From an uncultured Nitrososphaerota archaeon (GTDB lineage Archaea; Thermoproteota; EX4484-205; JAAOZO01), in contig CAYOYV010000003.1 in NCBI GenBank assembly GCA_964408285.1, positions 64,001 to 128,000 of the forward strand: a stretch of 64,000 bases of DNA, read 5' to 3'. The notes under the pieces are model-generated. The model worked only from the letters and a program-made list of their open reading frames with translations, had not been told where the DNA came from and made no database searches. A program made the translations under genes and the position numbers. The first letter of the stretch is position 1. The number at the start of each line of letters is the position of its first letter. Shown piece by piece: positions 27,216 to 37,551 of the stretch.

Positions 27216-28550
27216 TCAGGGATTCTCAAGCTCTGGCCATTTCGAGACATCTTGGTAATACCAAGCCACTGATTCTCCATCACTTACCGTATATGCATCG
27301 GCTCCGACCTGTCCGGATTGCCATTCTTTCTGATCCGCGTTCCATCTCCACCAAAGCCAACCGTGGTTGCTTTTTGTGATCTTGCCGCCGACTCCTGCAA
27401 TAGACTTGACGAATGAACCGTATTGAGATTGGACGTTTTCTACTTGGGTGCTCCCCAAGACTTCGATGGTTAGGTTAAGGAGGGTTGATCCATTTGGGAC
27501 TCTAGTGCCATTGAACCATACCCTTGTGCCGTTCCCGAAATTCACCAGGAGATTGCTTCTGACAGTATATCTAGACAGAAGCAATTCCAATCTGGCGACT
27601 CTGCTGTTCACGTCGACTAACTGGGAATTGAGGTAGAGGGATAGGCTAGCTAGCAACACGCAACCTATCAGGGCAGCAACTGCAATGGTCGGCCATATTC
27701 CTCTGTCGCCCGTGAAGGATTGGCGCCGGGACTCGGTTCGCCTGCCCTCCTCCCCTCCAACGGAGGCAAGGGCATCAAGATGAAGAGGGATCTGCCTAGG
27801 CCTCAGCACAAGAGTCAGGACAAGCACGAATGAAGCTGATATCATGACGAGCCAAGTGGCTAGTGGGAATGCTCCTGAATAGAACGAGATGTATATTGAG
27901 CTTACCCATAAGATGGATGCGATCACGACCCACGGTTCTCGAAGATATGGCGCCAGCTCATGACTCAGACGAACTACTAGATCTGAAAGCTTAACTGGCA
28001 GTGCCTTGCCTGGTTCAGGCTTGGCATGAAGTGACAATAGGCTGATGATGGGCGGTCCAGCTATTCCAAAGAAAACGACATTCGACAGCTGATGTACAAG
28101 GCCAACCGGGAGTGGGAAATTCATCGTTACGATTCCAGCCCAAAATGACCCGTAGAACATGATTCCCGTCAGAGCATTCGTGTACAAGTCATATGCCAGC
28201 GTGAACAATCCTCCAAGGAATCCAAGAAACAGTGCCCTCGGGGGAATTGGACTCGTCTTCGATGCCAGATATGCTGCCACGACGTAAAACAGCTCGCCAG
28301 TGATCACTATAGCAAGAGTTATCAGATTCGTGCCATAGGGATTGAGGGTTCCGTAGACAATCCAGGTCATGGCTCCCACAAGTGATCCCCAGATAGGGCC
28401 CATCAGATACGCCCCCACGAAAACCAGAAGATCCATTAATTTCACATTAGGGATGTTGATCAAGAGATAGTTGGTTGACAGCGCAAGGGCGATCAGCAAT
28501 GATGTGAGCGCGAGCCTGAGAGTCGGTCTGGCTCTTGGGCTTCTGATCAT
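27216..28550 (-). CDS. ECF transporter S-component fused to DUF4430 (transcobalamin-like) domain
   Basis: N-terminal TM bundle (IPNVKLMDLLVFVG, CbrT-like); C-terminal YGSFVKSIAGV..WLWWRW..VGAD.Y.V.DGE.VAWYY. Confidence 0.7.
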   Translation of the reverse strand: MIRSPRARPTLRLALTSLLIALALSTNYLLINIPNVKLMDLLVFVGAYLMGPIWGSLVGAMTWIVYGTLNPYGTNLITLAIVITGELFYVVAAYLASKTSPIPPRALFLGFLGGLFTLAYDLYTNALTGIMFYGSFWAGIVTMNFPLPVGLVHQLSNVVFFGIAGPPIISLLSLHAKPEPGKALPVKLSDLVVRLSHELAPYLREPWVVIASILWVSSIYISFYSGAFPLATWLVMISASFVLVLTLVLRPRQIPLHLDALASVGGEEGRRTESRRQSFTGDRGIWPTIAVAALIGCVLLASLSLYLNSQLVDVNSRVARLELLLSRYTVRSNLLVNFGNGTRVWFNGTRVPNGSTLLNLTIEVLGSTQVENVQSQYGSFVKSIAGVGGKITKSNHGWLWWRWNADQKEWQSGQVGADAYTVSDGESVAWYYQDVSKWPELENP

Positions 28551-28588
28551 TGGAACGGGTCGAATTGACCCGCTCTATTTAAGTCTTA

Positions 28589-29650
28589 CTATTCCCTCTT
28601 TGTGGGTTCTGCCAAGGCTTGGAGCAGCTTCTCCTCATCATAAGTGATGAAGTTCAACCTAGCTCCCATGCATGACCATCCATCAAGCTGTGAGGTCGAA
28701 TAATAGGCAGTTGCCAATCGGCCGCTGTCGAGAAGAACTGTGCTGGGATATCCACAGTCCGCATTCGGGCAATCGTCGCCGAATATCATCTCTTTCTGGG
28801 TAATCCATGTTCGTCCTGCATCTGTGCTGAGGAGAGCTCTTGCTCCGAAGGGATTGGCTCTTCTGCCGTAGGAGAGCAGGACTTCACCTCCTGAGAGAAG
28901 GGTCAGGCAAGCAGGATGTTCATATTCGTGAGTGATGTCCTGATGAAATTGCCAAGTTCGGCCTTCGTTATGACTGAAGCTTGTTGAAAGATGACTGTCC
29001 TTTTCCGATCTCATTGCAGCCATCATCTCTCCATTTGGAAGCATTAGGATGGATGACTCGTTCTCGTTTTCAGCCAATGTGGCATAGTGCTGCCAAGTGA
29101 CTCCACTGTTCTCCGAGCACAGAATATGAGTGCGGACGACTTCCACTTTTCCTTCCTCATGTCTGCAAGGACCATATATGGGCATGAGAAGGCTCCCGTT
29201 TTGCAGGGTCAGCATCTGGCCATAAGGTGAGTATCCACGGAAATCCCTGACGTTCAGTTCATATGGTTCTTCCCAAGTTCTCCCGCCATCATGAGATCTC
29301 GCAAGATATGTGTATAGCCTATTCATTGTCGGATCGCATCGCTCATCGCCAACGTAATTGCCGTTTACATGATAAGCAACCACCACAATCCCATCCTTTG
29401 TCACTCCAATTGAGGGATTCCTATCGTCCAGTGGAGAGTCAGCGACAACGATTGGATCAGTCCAACACAAGCCATCATCGTGAGATATTATCGCCTCAAG
29501 CCTCCCGTTGATGCCCATGTGACCTGCCCCCGCTCGATACACAATGAGAATGTGTTCGCCCCCCATGGTACTGACAACAGGAAAATATCCGCAATCCCTG
29601 CCTAGGACCAGCTTTCTTGAAGAAGGCAACTCCTCAATCTTCACGGGCAT
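28589..29650 (-). CDS. BNR/Asp-box (sialidase-like) beta-propeller hydrolase
   Basis: Five Asp-boxes: SHDDGLCW, SHDGGRTW, SENSGVTW, SHNEGRTW, STDAGRTW. Confidence 0.8.
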   Translation of the reverse strand: MPVKIEELPSSRKLVLGRDCGYFPVVSTMGGEHILIVYRAGAGHMGINGRLEAIISHDDGLCWTDPIVVADSPLDDRNPSIGVTKDGIVVVAYHVNGNYVGDERCDPTMNRLYTYLARSHDGGRTWEEPYELNVRDFRGYSPYGQMLTLQNGSLLMPIYGPCRHEEGKVEVVRTHILCSENSGVTWQHYATLAENENESSILMLPNGEMMAAMRSEKDSHLSTSFSHNEGRTWQFHQDITHEYEHPACLTLLSGGEVLLSYGRRANPFGARALLSTDAGRTWITQKEMIFGDDCPNADCGYPSTVLLDSGRLATAYYSTSQLDGWSCMGARLNFITYDEEKLLQALAEPTKRE

Positions 29651-29770
29651 GATGCGTGCCTTACATCGGAAATCCATTTAAGGATTGAATGCCACCATGA
29701 CTCCATTGTCTATGTAGCCATGAAGTGATATACTTCATGGAACGCGCGTGTTCCTTCGACCCTATTGGGC

Positions 29771-32700
29771 TTATTTCGCGCTCTTGGGCGGATCGTCTGT
29801 CCGTTGCCGGATGATCTTGAATTCAGCTCCTCTGAGAAGGCCATAGGGTGCAACTTGATACTGATCCGTCCAATGAGCCTGGTCAACGAATTCCGCCGGG
29901 CCTGTCCAAGGAAGTCTGTCTCCGAGGTCATGATGAAGTGGGCCGAAAGTATTCCGCAGGGAGCCAACTGCCTCTATTTGTAATGTATTATGGCCCTTCT
30001 TGATGTGATCCGTTACATCGATATCCCACGGTTGTTTCCAGATGTATCCCGCCTCCTTCCCGTTGACAGTCACAACGAAAAGGGTCGCATGCGGGTCTAT
30101 CAAACTGACAATGAATTTGCGGTCCCCTGTCTCTGCGACCCCGATTTCCTTATCGTAGATCATGTTGCCAGCGTAGAACGGATATCCCTGTTGAGTCCAA
30201 TCGCCGTCCTCCAGATGGTCCAGTTCAGAAGTTAAGACATATTGATTTGTTCCCCTCCTTTCGACTGCGAAGTCGCCGACGAGGTAGATGTCTTCGATTT
30301 CCGTATCGAGATCATATGCGCAGGAGAGTTCTATTGTGTTCTCGCCCCTTGTGATGAACGATGCTATGTCAACCCTGCCGAATTGCTTGTCCCAGTGCCA
30401 ACCCAGGCCATGGGTTGAAATGGGGTGATCATTTACCTTGAGATGGAAACGCTGCAGCTTTTCTACGATCAAGTGCAAAGAGCTGGGGATTTGATCGACC
30501 TCGAATGATGCCCTTGTCTCAATATTCAAGGGTTTGGCCTTTTTGCCCTGATGGGAAATCGCCCATGGCTGAATTCCTTCGAATTCGCTGAGCCCAACGG
30601 CATCCAAAATGGCTTTCCTGGCTTTCCAAACAGGGACGATTTGGCTCCACTCCGAAGACTCGATCTTGTACCTACAATAATCCAGCGGCAAGGAGTTCGG
30701 ATGTAATCTTTTGGATTTCCACCTGCCATGTAATGGTATCGACTGCATTTCTTCAATGATATGGTCCCCATCTCCGTTGGCTTGGCCTTCCCGCCTTCCA
30801 TCAGAGGTCCTAACGACCAAAATCTTGCTCGAAACAGGAGGGAAGATAGTCTGAATCATGATATGCCCATCATGTGTGGCATATCTGACGGGTCTGATTG
30901 TTCCTGTCTCAGCATCCCATTCAGATAGATCTCCTTGCACATCGAGCAGAATCGTCGCATCTAGGGCATTCTGCCTGTTGGTGTTGCTGAGGAAGTAGAT
31001 GTGATCAAAGCCCAGAACGCGGTGATGGCAGAAGATGTCGGGGATCTCATTATGCCCTCGGTCAAGGATGCTGACATCCCTGTCAAGAATCCTGTCGATT
31101 GCTGCTAAGGCGGCGTCCCTCAGATTCATTGAGCAATATACATTAGGCTTGGCCAGGAATTGCTCCCAGGATCTTGATGGCTCTCCATCAACATGAGTCG
31201 GGAATTGGCCAACGAATAGGATCTTTCCTCCTCTTGAAGTGTAATCCCTCAGTAATCTGAGCGTTGAGCAAGACCACGTAAGGCTGGGCGGGACTACGAC
31301 CAGTCCGTATGTCTGTTCTCCGATCCTTATGCGCTCTCCTTCTATTGCCGCATGTTTCTCGATTATGAGTTCATCCCCCAAGTCAAAGTCCCGGTGTCCG
31401 CCTAGAAGAGTTTCGAGCAGATACGTGAACTCCGCGTTATACCTCTGGACCTCCGAATTCTTCCTTCCTAGATCTTCACCCGGAAGGGTGGCGGAGAAAC
31501 AGGACCACGCGCTCGCGATCGGATGAAGAAGGAGTATGTTCGCAAAGAACTTCCCTTGACTGATCATGAATGAACACCTAGCGAAGTAGTCGTTCATCAA
31601 GCGCATGTATTTCCAATACGGCTGATGATAGCTGAAGGTAGGAGGATAGTCGCGTTTCCTCTGCCCCGTCATTGAATAAAGGGTAAGATGCGGAACCAAG
31701 AAGGTTATGCCGAGGGCAAAATGGAAATCTGCTATCCATTTCTGATCTTCAAAGGTCATGCTGTGTCCGCTTACGCCGAATATCTCACACATGATCCTTT
31801 TCCGATTGAATTGGTGGGCGACGCTGGACACTTGTTTCAGTGTCAAAGGATCTCTAATATTCCTGCCTAGGTGGTCTATCCCGGGTATGTGCATATATTG
31901 ATAGTGAGGCATAGCCGCTCCAATCACCCTTATCTGAGCATGGAGACTGTCCTCAGATAGGTAATGGCCCGTCAATTTCAGCCCGAGTTCGTCGCATCTC
32001 TTAGAAACAGGAATGGTGAAGCATTCCAAGAATTTCGTCGTGATCGTTTTCCAGAAATCGTGTCTGATCTTGTTTTGACTTGCTCCTTTGAAATATACCA
32101 GAGGAAGATTCTCAGAGATCCTATATCCATTCTTCTTCAGAAAGTAATCTTCGAAATCAGTAGTCCATGGAATCTGGCCAGCGCCAGCGTAATTTGGCTC
32201 ATCTGTGAATATGCCCGGCATGAACTCACCGAAATCCTCCTTGAAATCAGACGCATAGGCATCATAGGTCGTGGCCAGGAATGCTTCTGTGACCTTCGGA
32301 TCAAGCAAGTCAACATAGCTTTCACCATTGTACCAGTTGCTCGTCGGCGAAATGGCTTGAACGAAGGCAAAGAGCCTTCCCCCGTCTATCGGTTCTTCTC
32401 CCTTGGGGTGGATCTGTCTCACGGAGAGAATGACCTGATCGCTGACATGCAAGGAGAATATGGCTACGAGATTCCCATTTTTTTTGAGGTCATTGATGTC
32501 TTCGTGTCTGATCTCCTTAGCCTCGATGCCCTTCGCTCTGAATTGCTCTGACTGTGCGGGTACATATCCGCCGGCAAATCCACTGGGCCACTTATCTTCA
32601 TCATAGAGCCAAGATTCCATGTCCGCTTTCCGGCCTTCTTGGACGCAGGTTCGGATTCTGTCCATCCATTCTCTGGAGAGGTAACTCGTGATCAGGCCGA

Positions 32701-32860
32701 TTCTCGAGTGCATGAAATAGCCACCGAAGCCCTTCTCGCTCATATCCCTGACCTGCCACGCAAGTTCGTCACCGGTCAGTCTATCATTCCAAGACCAGAA
32801 TGGACATGGTCTGTATTCCTTGGGGGGATTCAGGAATCCAGTGCGCAGCAATTCACTCAT
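29771..32860 (-). CDS. Glycoside hydrolase, GH106 (alpha-L-rhamnosidase)-like
   Basis: RPCPFWSWN, GFGGYFMHSR, WLYDEDKWPSG, FTDEP, C-terminal beta-sandwich domains. Confidence 0.75.
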   Translation of the reverse strand: MSELLRTGFLNPPKEYRPCPFWSWNDRLTGDELAWQVRDMSEKGFGGYFMHSRIGLITSYLSREWMDRIRTCVQEGRKADMESWLYDEDKWPSGFAGGYVPAQSEQFRAKGIEAKEIRHEDINDLKKNGNLVAIFSLHVSDQVILSVRQIHPKGEEPIDGGRLFAFVQAISPTSNWYNGESYVDLLDPKVTEAFLATTYDAYASDFKEDFGEFMPGIFTDEPNYAGAGQIPWTTDFEDYFLKKNGYRISENLPLVYFKGASQNKIRHDFWKTITTKFLECFTIPVSKRCDELGLKLTGHYLSEDSLHAQIRVIGAAMPHYQYMHIPGIDHLGRNIRDPLTLKQVSSVAHQFNRKRIMCEIFGVSGHSMTFEDQKWIADFHFALGITFLVPHLTLYSMTGQRKRDYPPTFSYHQPYWKYMRLMNDYFARCSFMISQGKFFANILLLHPIASAWSCFSATLPGEDLGRKNSEVQRYNAEFTYLLETLLGGHRDFDLGDELIIEKHAAIEGERIRIGEQTYGLVVVPPSLTWSCSTLRLLRDYTSRGGKILFVGQFPTHVDGEPSRSWEQFLAKPNVYCSMNLRDAALAAIDRILDRDVSILDRGHNEIPDIFCHHRVLGFDHIYFLSNTNRQNALDATILLDVQGDLSEWDAETGTIRPVRYATHDGHIMIQTIFPPVSSKILVVRTSDGRREGQANGDGDHIIEEMQSIPLHGRWKSKRLHPNSLPLDYCRYKIESSEWSQIVPVWKARKAILDAVGLSEFEGIQPWAISHQGKKAKPLNIETRASFEVDQIPSSLHLIVEKLQRFHLKVNDHPISTHGLGWHWDKQFGRVDIASFITRGENTIELSCAYDLDTEIEDIYLVGDFAVERRGTNQYVLTSELDHLEDGDWTQQGYPFYAGNMIYDKEIGVAETGDRKFIVSLIDPHATLFVVTVNGKEAGYIWKQPWDIDVTDHIKKGHNTLQIEAVGSLRNTFGPLHHDLGDRLPWTGPAEFVDQAHWTDQYQVAPYGLLRGAEFKIIRQRTDDPPKSAK

Positions 32861-33146
32861 GTATTAGAGAGGCAGGAGTGGCTATTCATAAATCTCCTCT
32901 CCGATCCGCACAAAACCAAGTCCCCACAAGCGCAAGTTGGAGATTCAGCCTCACAGACGATAGATCCTTACGAATGAATCTCTAGTCGAAGACCACAGGG
33001 TCACTCGGTTCTGCAACGTAACACTCATCACGACTATTGCTAGCCCACCGGCGATACGATTTGCCAGAAATGGATTTCGCCACACTTCGAGAGGGAAAAG
33101 CATATTTAGGTTCTGGCCGGATATCTGGCGAGGAAATCCGATCTGA

Positions 33147-34367
33147 TTGGGAAAAGACCGTGACCTTGTGATCGGCTTTACATATAACTTATTGGCTCCA
33201 ACGAAGGATTACACGCTTGACTATCTCCGAAGATATTCCGAGTGGGATTCGGCGACGAAGATAGAGTCGATTACTAGGGCACTGGAGGAGACAGGAAACA
33301 GAGTCATTCAGATTCCAGTTGATAGGGATATACTGAGCAAACTCAGATCTGTGAAGGAGAAGATTGACATAGTATTCAACATCGCTGAGGGGCTTTCCTC
33401 AGAATTGATAGAGGGAAACCTCCGAGAGGCTCTTATTCCTACCTTCTTGGAATTTCTCCAAATCCCCTATACCGGGTCCGGTCCCATGTCACAGGCTGAG
33501 TGTCTGGACAAGGCAAGGGCAAAGGACATAGCAGGTGCATTTGGCGTCAGGAGTGCGAAGTCGCAACTTGTGTGGGAGGTGCCTTTCAGAATGTCGGAAG
33601 CTCTCCAGTTCCCGATAGTCGTAAAACTGAATTCGGAGGGTTCCAGTCTCGGCATGACACAGGCCTCGAGGCTCGATTCAGCGAATCATGTGGACAGGCT
33701 TGTGCGGCGTCTGATTAAGGAATACAGACAACCAATTCTGATTGAGGAATTCATTGGGGGAACTGAATACACTGTCGGCATCGTCGGGAATCTCATTATG
33801 CCAGTCATGAAGGTTGAGCTGTCCAAGCTACCCAATAGCCCTTCGTTGAGGGATCAGGAAGTGAAGGATTTGGAGCCTGAATATACCTTCTTGAACAATC
33901 CTTCTTCTGACAAGAATGCCCTGACCTTGGCTCAGTTCAGCGGGCTCTATGATGAGCTAGCGTGGATGGCTGCCACCGCCCATGAAGCATTGAGGTGCAG
34001 AGACTTCAACAGGCTTGATTTCAGGGAAAGGAAAGGTCGACCATATATGCTTGAGCTAAATCCTCTACCAGGAATGCACCCAACGGACGGGGACCTGCCA
34101 GTGATGGCAAGGGCAGCCGGCATAGACTTTGGCTCACTCGTGAACATGGTGCTCCTTGAGGCAATAAAGAGATATCGTGCAGATGATCGATTCTCCGAAC
34201 GATTCGCTGCAAGGAGGACTAATGCAATAGCTGAAAGGGTGAACAAGATGGTATCAAGGTTGGGCTTCTTTCCGAAGAAAATCACAACGTTTGGAAAAGA
34301 GTACTGTCTCCTGAGACCTTCAGATTCAGTACAATGCGCATCAGTCTTTGCAGAACCGGCGTGCTAG
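33147..34367 (+). CDS. D-Ala-D-Ala ligase-like ATP-grasp protein
   Basis: VFNIAEG, IPYTGS, LDK, VK.NSEGSSLG, IEEFIGGTEYTVG, RLDFR, ELNPLPG. Confidence 0.8.
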   Translation: MGKDRDLVIGFTYNLLAPTKDYTLDYLRRYSEWDSATKIESITRALEETGNRVIQIPVDRDILSKLRSVKEKIDIVFNIAEGLSSELIEGNLREALIPTFLEFLQIPYTGSGPMSQAECLDKARAKDIAGAFGVRSAKSQLVWEVPFRMSEALQFPIVVKLNSEGSSLGMTQASRLDSANHVDRLVRRLIKEYRQPILIEEFIGGTEYTVGIVGNLIMPVMKVELSKLPNSPSLRDQEVKDLEPEYTFLNNPSSDKNALTLAQFSGLYDELAWMAATAHEALRCRDFNRLDFRERKGRPYMLELNPLPGMHPTDGDLPVMARAAGIDFGSLVNMVLLEAIKRYRADDRFSERFAARRTNAIAERVNKMVSRLGFFPKKITTFGKEYCLLRPSDSVQCASVFAEPAC

Positions 34368-34476
34368 CGAAGACTCTCAATAGGGCCAAGGAAGGAACTG
34401 GGCCCTTTCAAAATAGGGGAGCATTGAATAACATGAGTGCGAAGAGTTTAAACCGGGTAGACGTGGGCTGAGACCT

Positions 34477-35208
34477 ATGGAGAGAGGATTCTTGATAACC
34501 GGACATAGAGGCGCGTCTGCATTCTTTCCGGAGAACACAATAAGATCCATACAAGGCGCTATCGAATGTGGGGCAACAGCCGTAGAACTCGATGTGAGGT
34601 CCACTTTGGACGGTCATCTAGTGCTTTCGCATGATCCGACGCTGGAGAGGACGTGTGGATTGTCTAAGCAGATATCAGAGATCAAACTGTCAGAGGTGCA
34701 GACCCTGCGGACTAGGGGCGAAAAGATACCAACACTTGAAGAAGCAGTTCGTGCAGTCGCTGGGCGCATGAATTTGGATCTTGACATTAAGCTAGTTGGG
34801 TGCGAAGAGCAAATAGTGAACATAGTCAGGGAGCATGATCACTTGGGGAATACGCTCTTCACTTCATTCTTCCCCCAAGTAGTCTACAGGATTAACCAGA
34901 TAGCTCCTGAGGCAAAAAAGGGTCTGATAACTATGGGTACAACAGAGGAGGCAGTTCTGATATGCCCTGAAATTGGAGCTTCCACGATCGTCCCGTTTTG
35001 TGGCGATCTGGATGACAAACTATTGAGAATCGCGAAGTCAAGTGGACTGAGCACAATAGCTTGGACGGTCAATGAGCCGGAGGAGGCAAAACGACTTCTT
35101 GAGAAAGGAGTTGATGGGATAATAACAGATGATCCATGCGGTCTTGCCAAGGCCATGAGCGAATCCGGCGACCGCCGCCAGAGGCGAAAGGGCTCGCGTC
35201 GTTCATGA
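34477..35208 (+). CDS. Glycerophosphodiester phosphodiesterase
   Basis: GHRGAS..PENT, VELDV, SHD, AWTVN, GVDGIITD. Confidence 0.9.
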   Translation: MERGFLITGHRGASAFFPENTIRSIQGAIECGATAVELDVRSTLDGHLVLSHDPTLERTCGLSKQISEIKLSEVQTLRTRGEKIPTLEEAVRAVAGRMNLDLDIKLVGCEEQIVNIVREHDHLGNTLFTSFFPQVVYRINQIAPEAKKGLITMGTTEEAVLICPEIGASTIVPFCGDLDDKLLRIAKSSGLSTIAWTVNEPEEAKRLLEKGVDGIITDDPCGLAKAMSESGDRRQRRKGSRRS

Positions 35209-35248
35209 ACGAATTATGCATTGGCAAGGATCTCTCCTTGTGTTTTGG

Positions 35249-36376
35249 TCACCGCAATAACGATCTGTAGATGCCTTCTATCTGCTTTGTGATGAGATTC
35301 CAATCGAAACCCCTGACGGCTTTTGATCTAGCATTCGATGCTAGATGAGTCCTGAGCTTCTTGTCCTGCAGGAGATCTACTATTGCACTTGCCAACTCGA
35401 TCTCTGAACCTGGTTTTACGAGCAGCCCCTCATTGTGATCAGCAATGATCTCGGGAACTCCGCCTGTCCTTGAGGCGATAACCGGCAATCCACTGGACAT
35501 AGCCTCTAGAAGAACCATGCCAAAGGACTCTGCATATAGTGAAGGCAGTGCAAACAAAGCTGCATTAGCATAGATGCTCGGAAGCATCTCCGGACTGACA
35601 TCACCTAGGAATTCGGTGTTACCACTTATTCCGAGATCATGCACCAAAGACTCTAGATTGAGTCTCATGTATCCGTCTCCAACGAATGTCAGCTTGGCAT
35701 TGGGTTCTTTTCTGAGAACCCTCTTGAACGCCTTCAGTAGCACATGTGGTCCTTTCCTATGAACTAGCCTACCCACGAACAGTATCTGATTTTCATTCCC
35801 ATCCTTCCTCAAATCAGGTGTGAACCTTGTAGTGTCGATACCGTTTGGTATGATATCTATTGGAGCATAATCGATAAAGAGGCTTATGAAGTCAGCCGCC
35901 GCCTGGCTGACAGCTATTGCGTGGTCAGCCAGATTCAGATAATACTTGATTGGTTGAAGAAGGGAGCTAGCACTAGGCCAGACTGACCCGATGTCATACC
36001 ACCCTCCAGGTATAGAATGATTCGTTACCACTGAAGGAATACCGCTCTCATTTGCGACGGAAAGCCCAACTAGAGGCATTGCCGTAAAGGCATGATGGGA
36101 ATGGACGATATCGAACTTCTCCTTCCTGGTGAATTGCTCGATTTCGTCTCGAGCGGGCGGCATAAGGGGAAAGTTGAATGGAAAGGCTGGACTTATGCGA
36201 ACAATCCTAGTGTTCTCAGAGATATCCTCAACAGGTCGCTTCATCCCCCGGACTTTCTTCGTGAAAATCGTGACTTCGTGGCCCCTTTTGTCCAGCTCGT
36301 GCGAGAGGCCCTCCACATGAGAGCTGACTCCTCCCTTGACGGGAAGGTACCACTCGGTGAAAAGTGCGATCCTCAT
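35249..36376 (-). CDS. GT4 glycosyltransferase (PigA/PimA-like)
   Basis: GGVSSH, IIPNGID, FVGRL..RKG, ESFGMVLLEAMSSG. Confidence 0.85.
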   Translation of the reverse strand: MRIALFTEWYLPVKGGVSSHVEGLSHELDKRGHEVTIFTKKVRGMKRPVEDISENTRIVRISPAFPFNFPLMPPARDEIEQFTRKEKFDIVHSHHAFTAMPLVGLSVANESGIPSVVTNHSIPGGWYDIGSVWPSASSLLQPIKYYLNLADHAIAVSQAAADFISLFIDYAPIDIIPNGIDTTRFTPDLRKDGNENQILFVGRLVHRKGPHVLLKAFKRVLRKEPNAKLTFVGDGYMRLNLESLVHDLGISGNTEFLGDVSPEMLPSIYANAALFALPSLYAESFGMVLLEAMSSGLPVIASRTGGVPEIIADHNEGLLVKPGSEIELASAIVDLLQDKKLRTHLASNARSKAVRGFDWNLITKQIEGIYRSLLR

Positions 36377-36538
36377 GCCGTGAAGGACTTAAGGCGTCTC
36401 CGATTAAAAACTATTGCGAATTCTTGGTCCATGAACACCTTACTATCCTGCTAGATCCCCTCCCAAGGAATCGTGGAGCCGCATTTGAAAATCGAAGATA
36501 TGGAATTGGGATGTGAAAAAAATAGGCAGGGGACGAAT

Positions 36539-36895
36539 TCAGGCCAATTGGGATTGGGTTGGAATGGCGATAAGGTCGCTCTTGCTCTTACTCATGAACT
36601 CGAAGAATTCGCCGAATTTCGAAGCGAAATCGTGAAGCGCCCGAACTCCCTGCTCTGCCATAAAGTACCTCCTCTTGACCCTTCTTCCTCCCTCATCCAC
36701 CCTCTGGCTGAATATCAGTCCAAGGCGTTCCATCTTATACAGCATCGGGTACAATGCACCAGACGTGAACTTCTTCCCGAAAAGCCTCGAAAATCTGGTC
36801 AGAATCTCATATCCGTGGGAGGGTGCTTGGGAGAGCATCCAGAGGATGATTAGGTAATTTATATTCTCAAGGGGGGTGCCCTTGCCCTTCGACAT
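36539..36895 (-). CDS. PadR family transcription regulator
   Basis: PSHGYEI, SGALYPMLYKME..GLI, RRYF.AEQG. Confidence 0.85.
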   Translation of the reverse strand: MSKGKGTPLENINYLIILWMLSQAPSHGYEILTRFSRLFGKKFTSGALYPMLYKMERLGLIFSQRVDEGGRRVKRRYFMAEQGVRALHDFASKFGEFFEFMSKSKSDLIAIPTQSQLA

Positions 36896-37034
36896 CTGTC
36901 TTCCACCTTCCTCCTTGTGAGCAATGCTTATAACTCTTTCTTTGGCGTAAGCCAATCTGACAATATTTTAAATCGAAGAGGATGAGGGCCTTCTAGAATA
37001 GTAGAATATGGGCAATCTGATTCGATTTGAGCCT

Positions 37035-37544
37035 CTAATCCCCAAAATCCCTTCCTCCCCCGTCGTCGACCGGGGCAAGCCGGGACAGGGCCCATTTCAG
37101 GACTAGATACGTCAGGATGCCTCCAATTGCTCCGCCCAACAGCCAAGTTGAGGGTGCTCCTGTCTCCAGGAGATACCTAATCGCCGACAGAATGAAGACA
37201 GAGCAGGCCGCTGCTACTGGTGCCCAACGCAAGATTCGATCTCTCGGCTTTCCTTGGTCCTTTGGTCTCTCCTCTGAGGGGGTACCCAATTCTTTGAGCA
37301 ACTCTGCTCCTTTCGGGGTAATGGAATAGATCTTGATCGTACCAATCCCACTCTCCGTGATCAAGCCGATCTCCATCAGAATTCGAAGATGATGGTTGGC
37401 CAATTGCCTTGATATTCCAAGTGCCTTTGTTACCTTGCCAACGCTAGAGGGTTCCCTATTGAGCAAGCTCATGATTTTGATTCTGACAGGGCTTGATGCA
37501 ATCCTGAACGTTCTTATCCTGTCCTTGTTCTCGTCCGCAATCAA
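37035..37544 (-). CDS. ArsR-type wHTH regulator with two C-terminal TM helices
   Basis: SSPVRIKIMSLL, LGISRQLANHHLRIL, YSITPKG, then two hydrophobic segments; TTG start 7 nt after the upstream stop. Confidence 0.75.
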   Translation of the reverse strand: MIADENKDRIRTFRIASSPVRIKIMSLLNREPSSVGKVTKALGISRQLANHHLRILMEIGLITESGIGTIKIYSITPKGAELLKELGTPSEERPKDQGKPRDRILRWAPVAAACSVFILSAIRYLLETGAPSTWLLGGAIGGILTYLVLKWALSRLAPVDDGGGRDFGD

Positions 37545-37551
37545 GCGAGCT

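Noticed and set aside
31964-32551. 195-aa + strand ORF and many similar 60-170 aa ORFs
   Set aside because: Antisense or alternate-frame shadows of well-supported genes, with no motifs.
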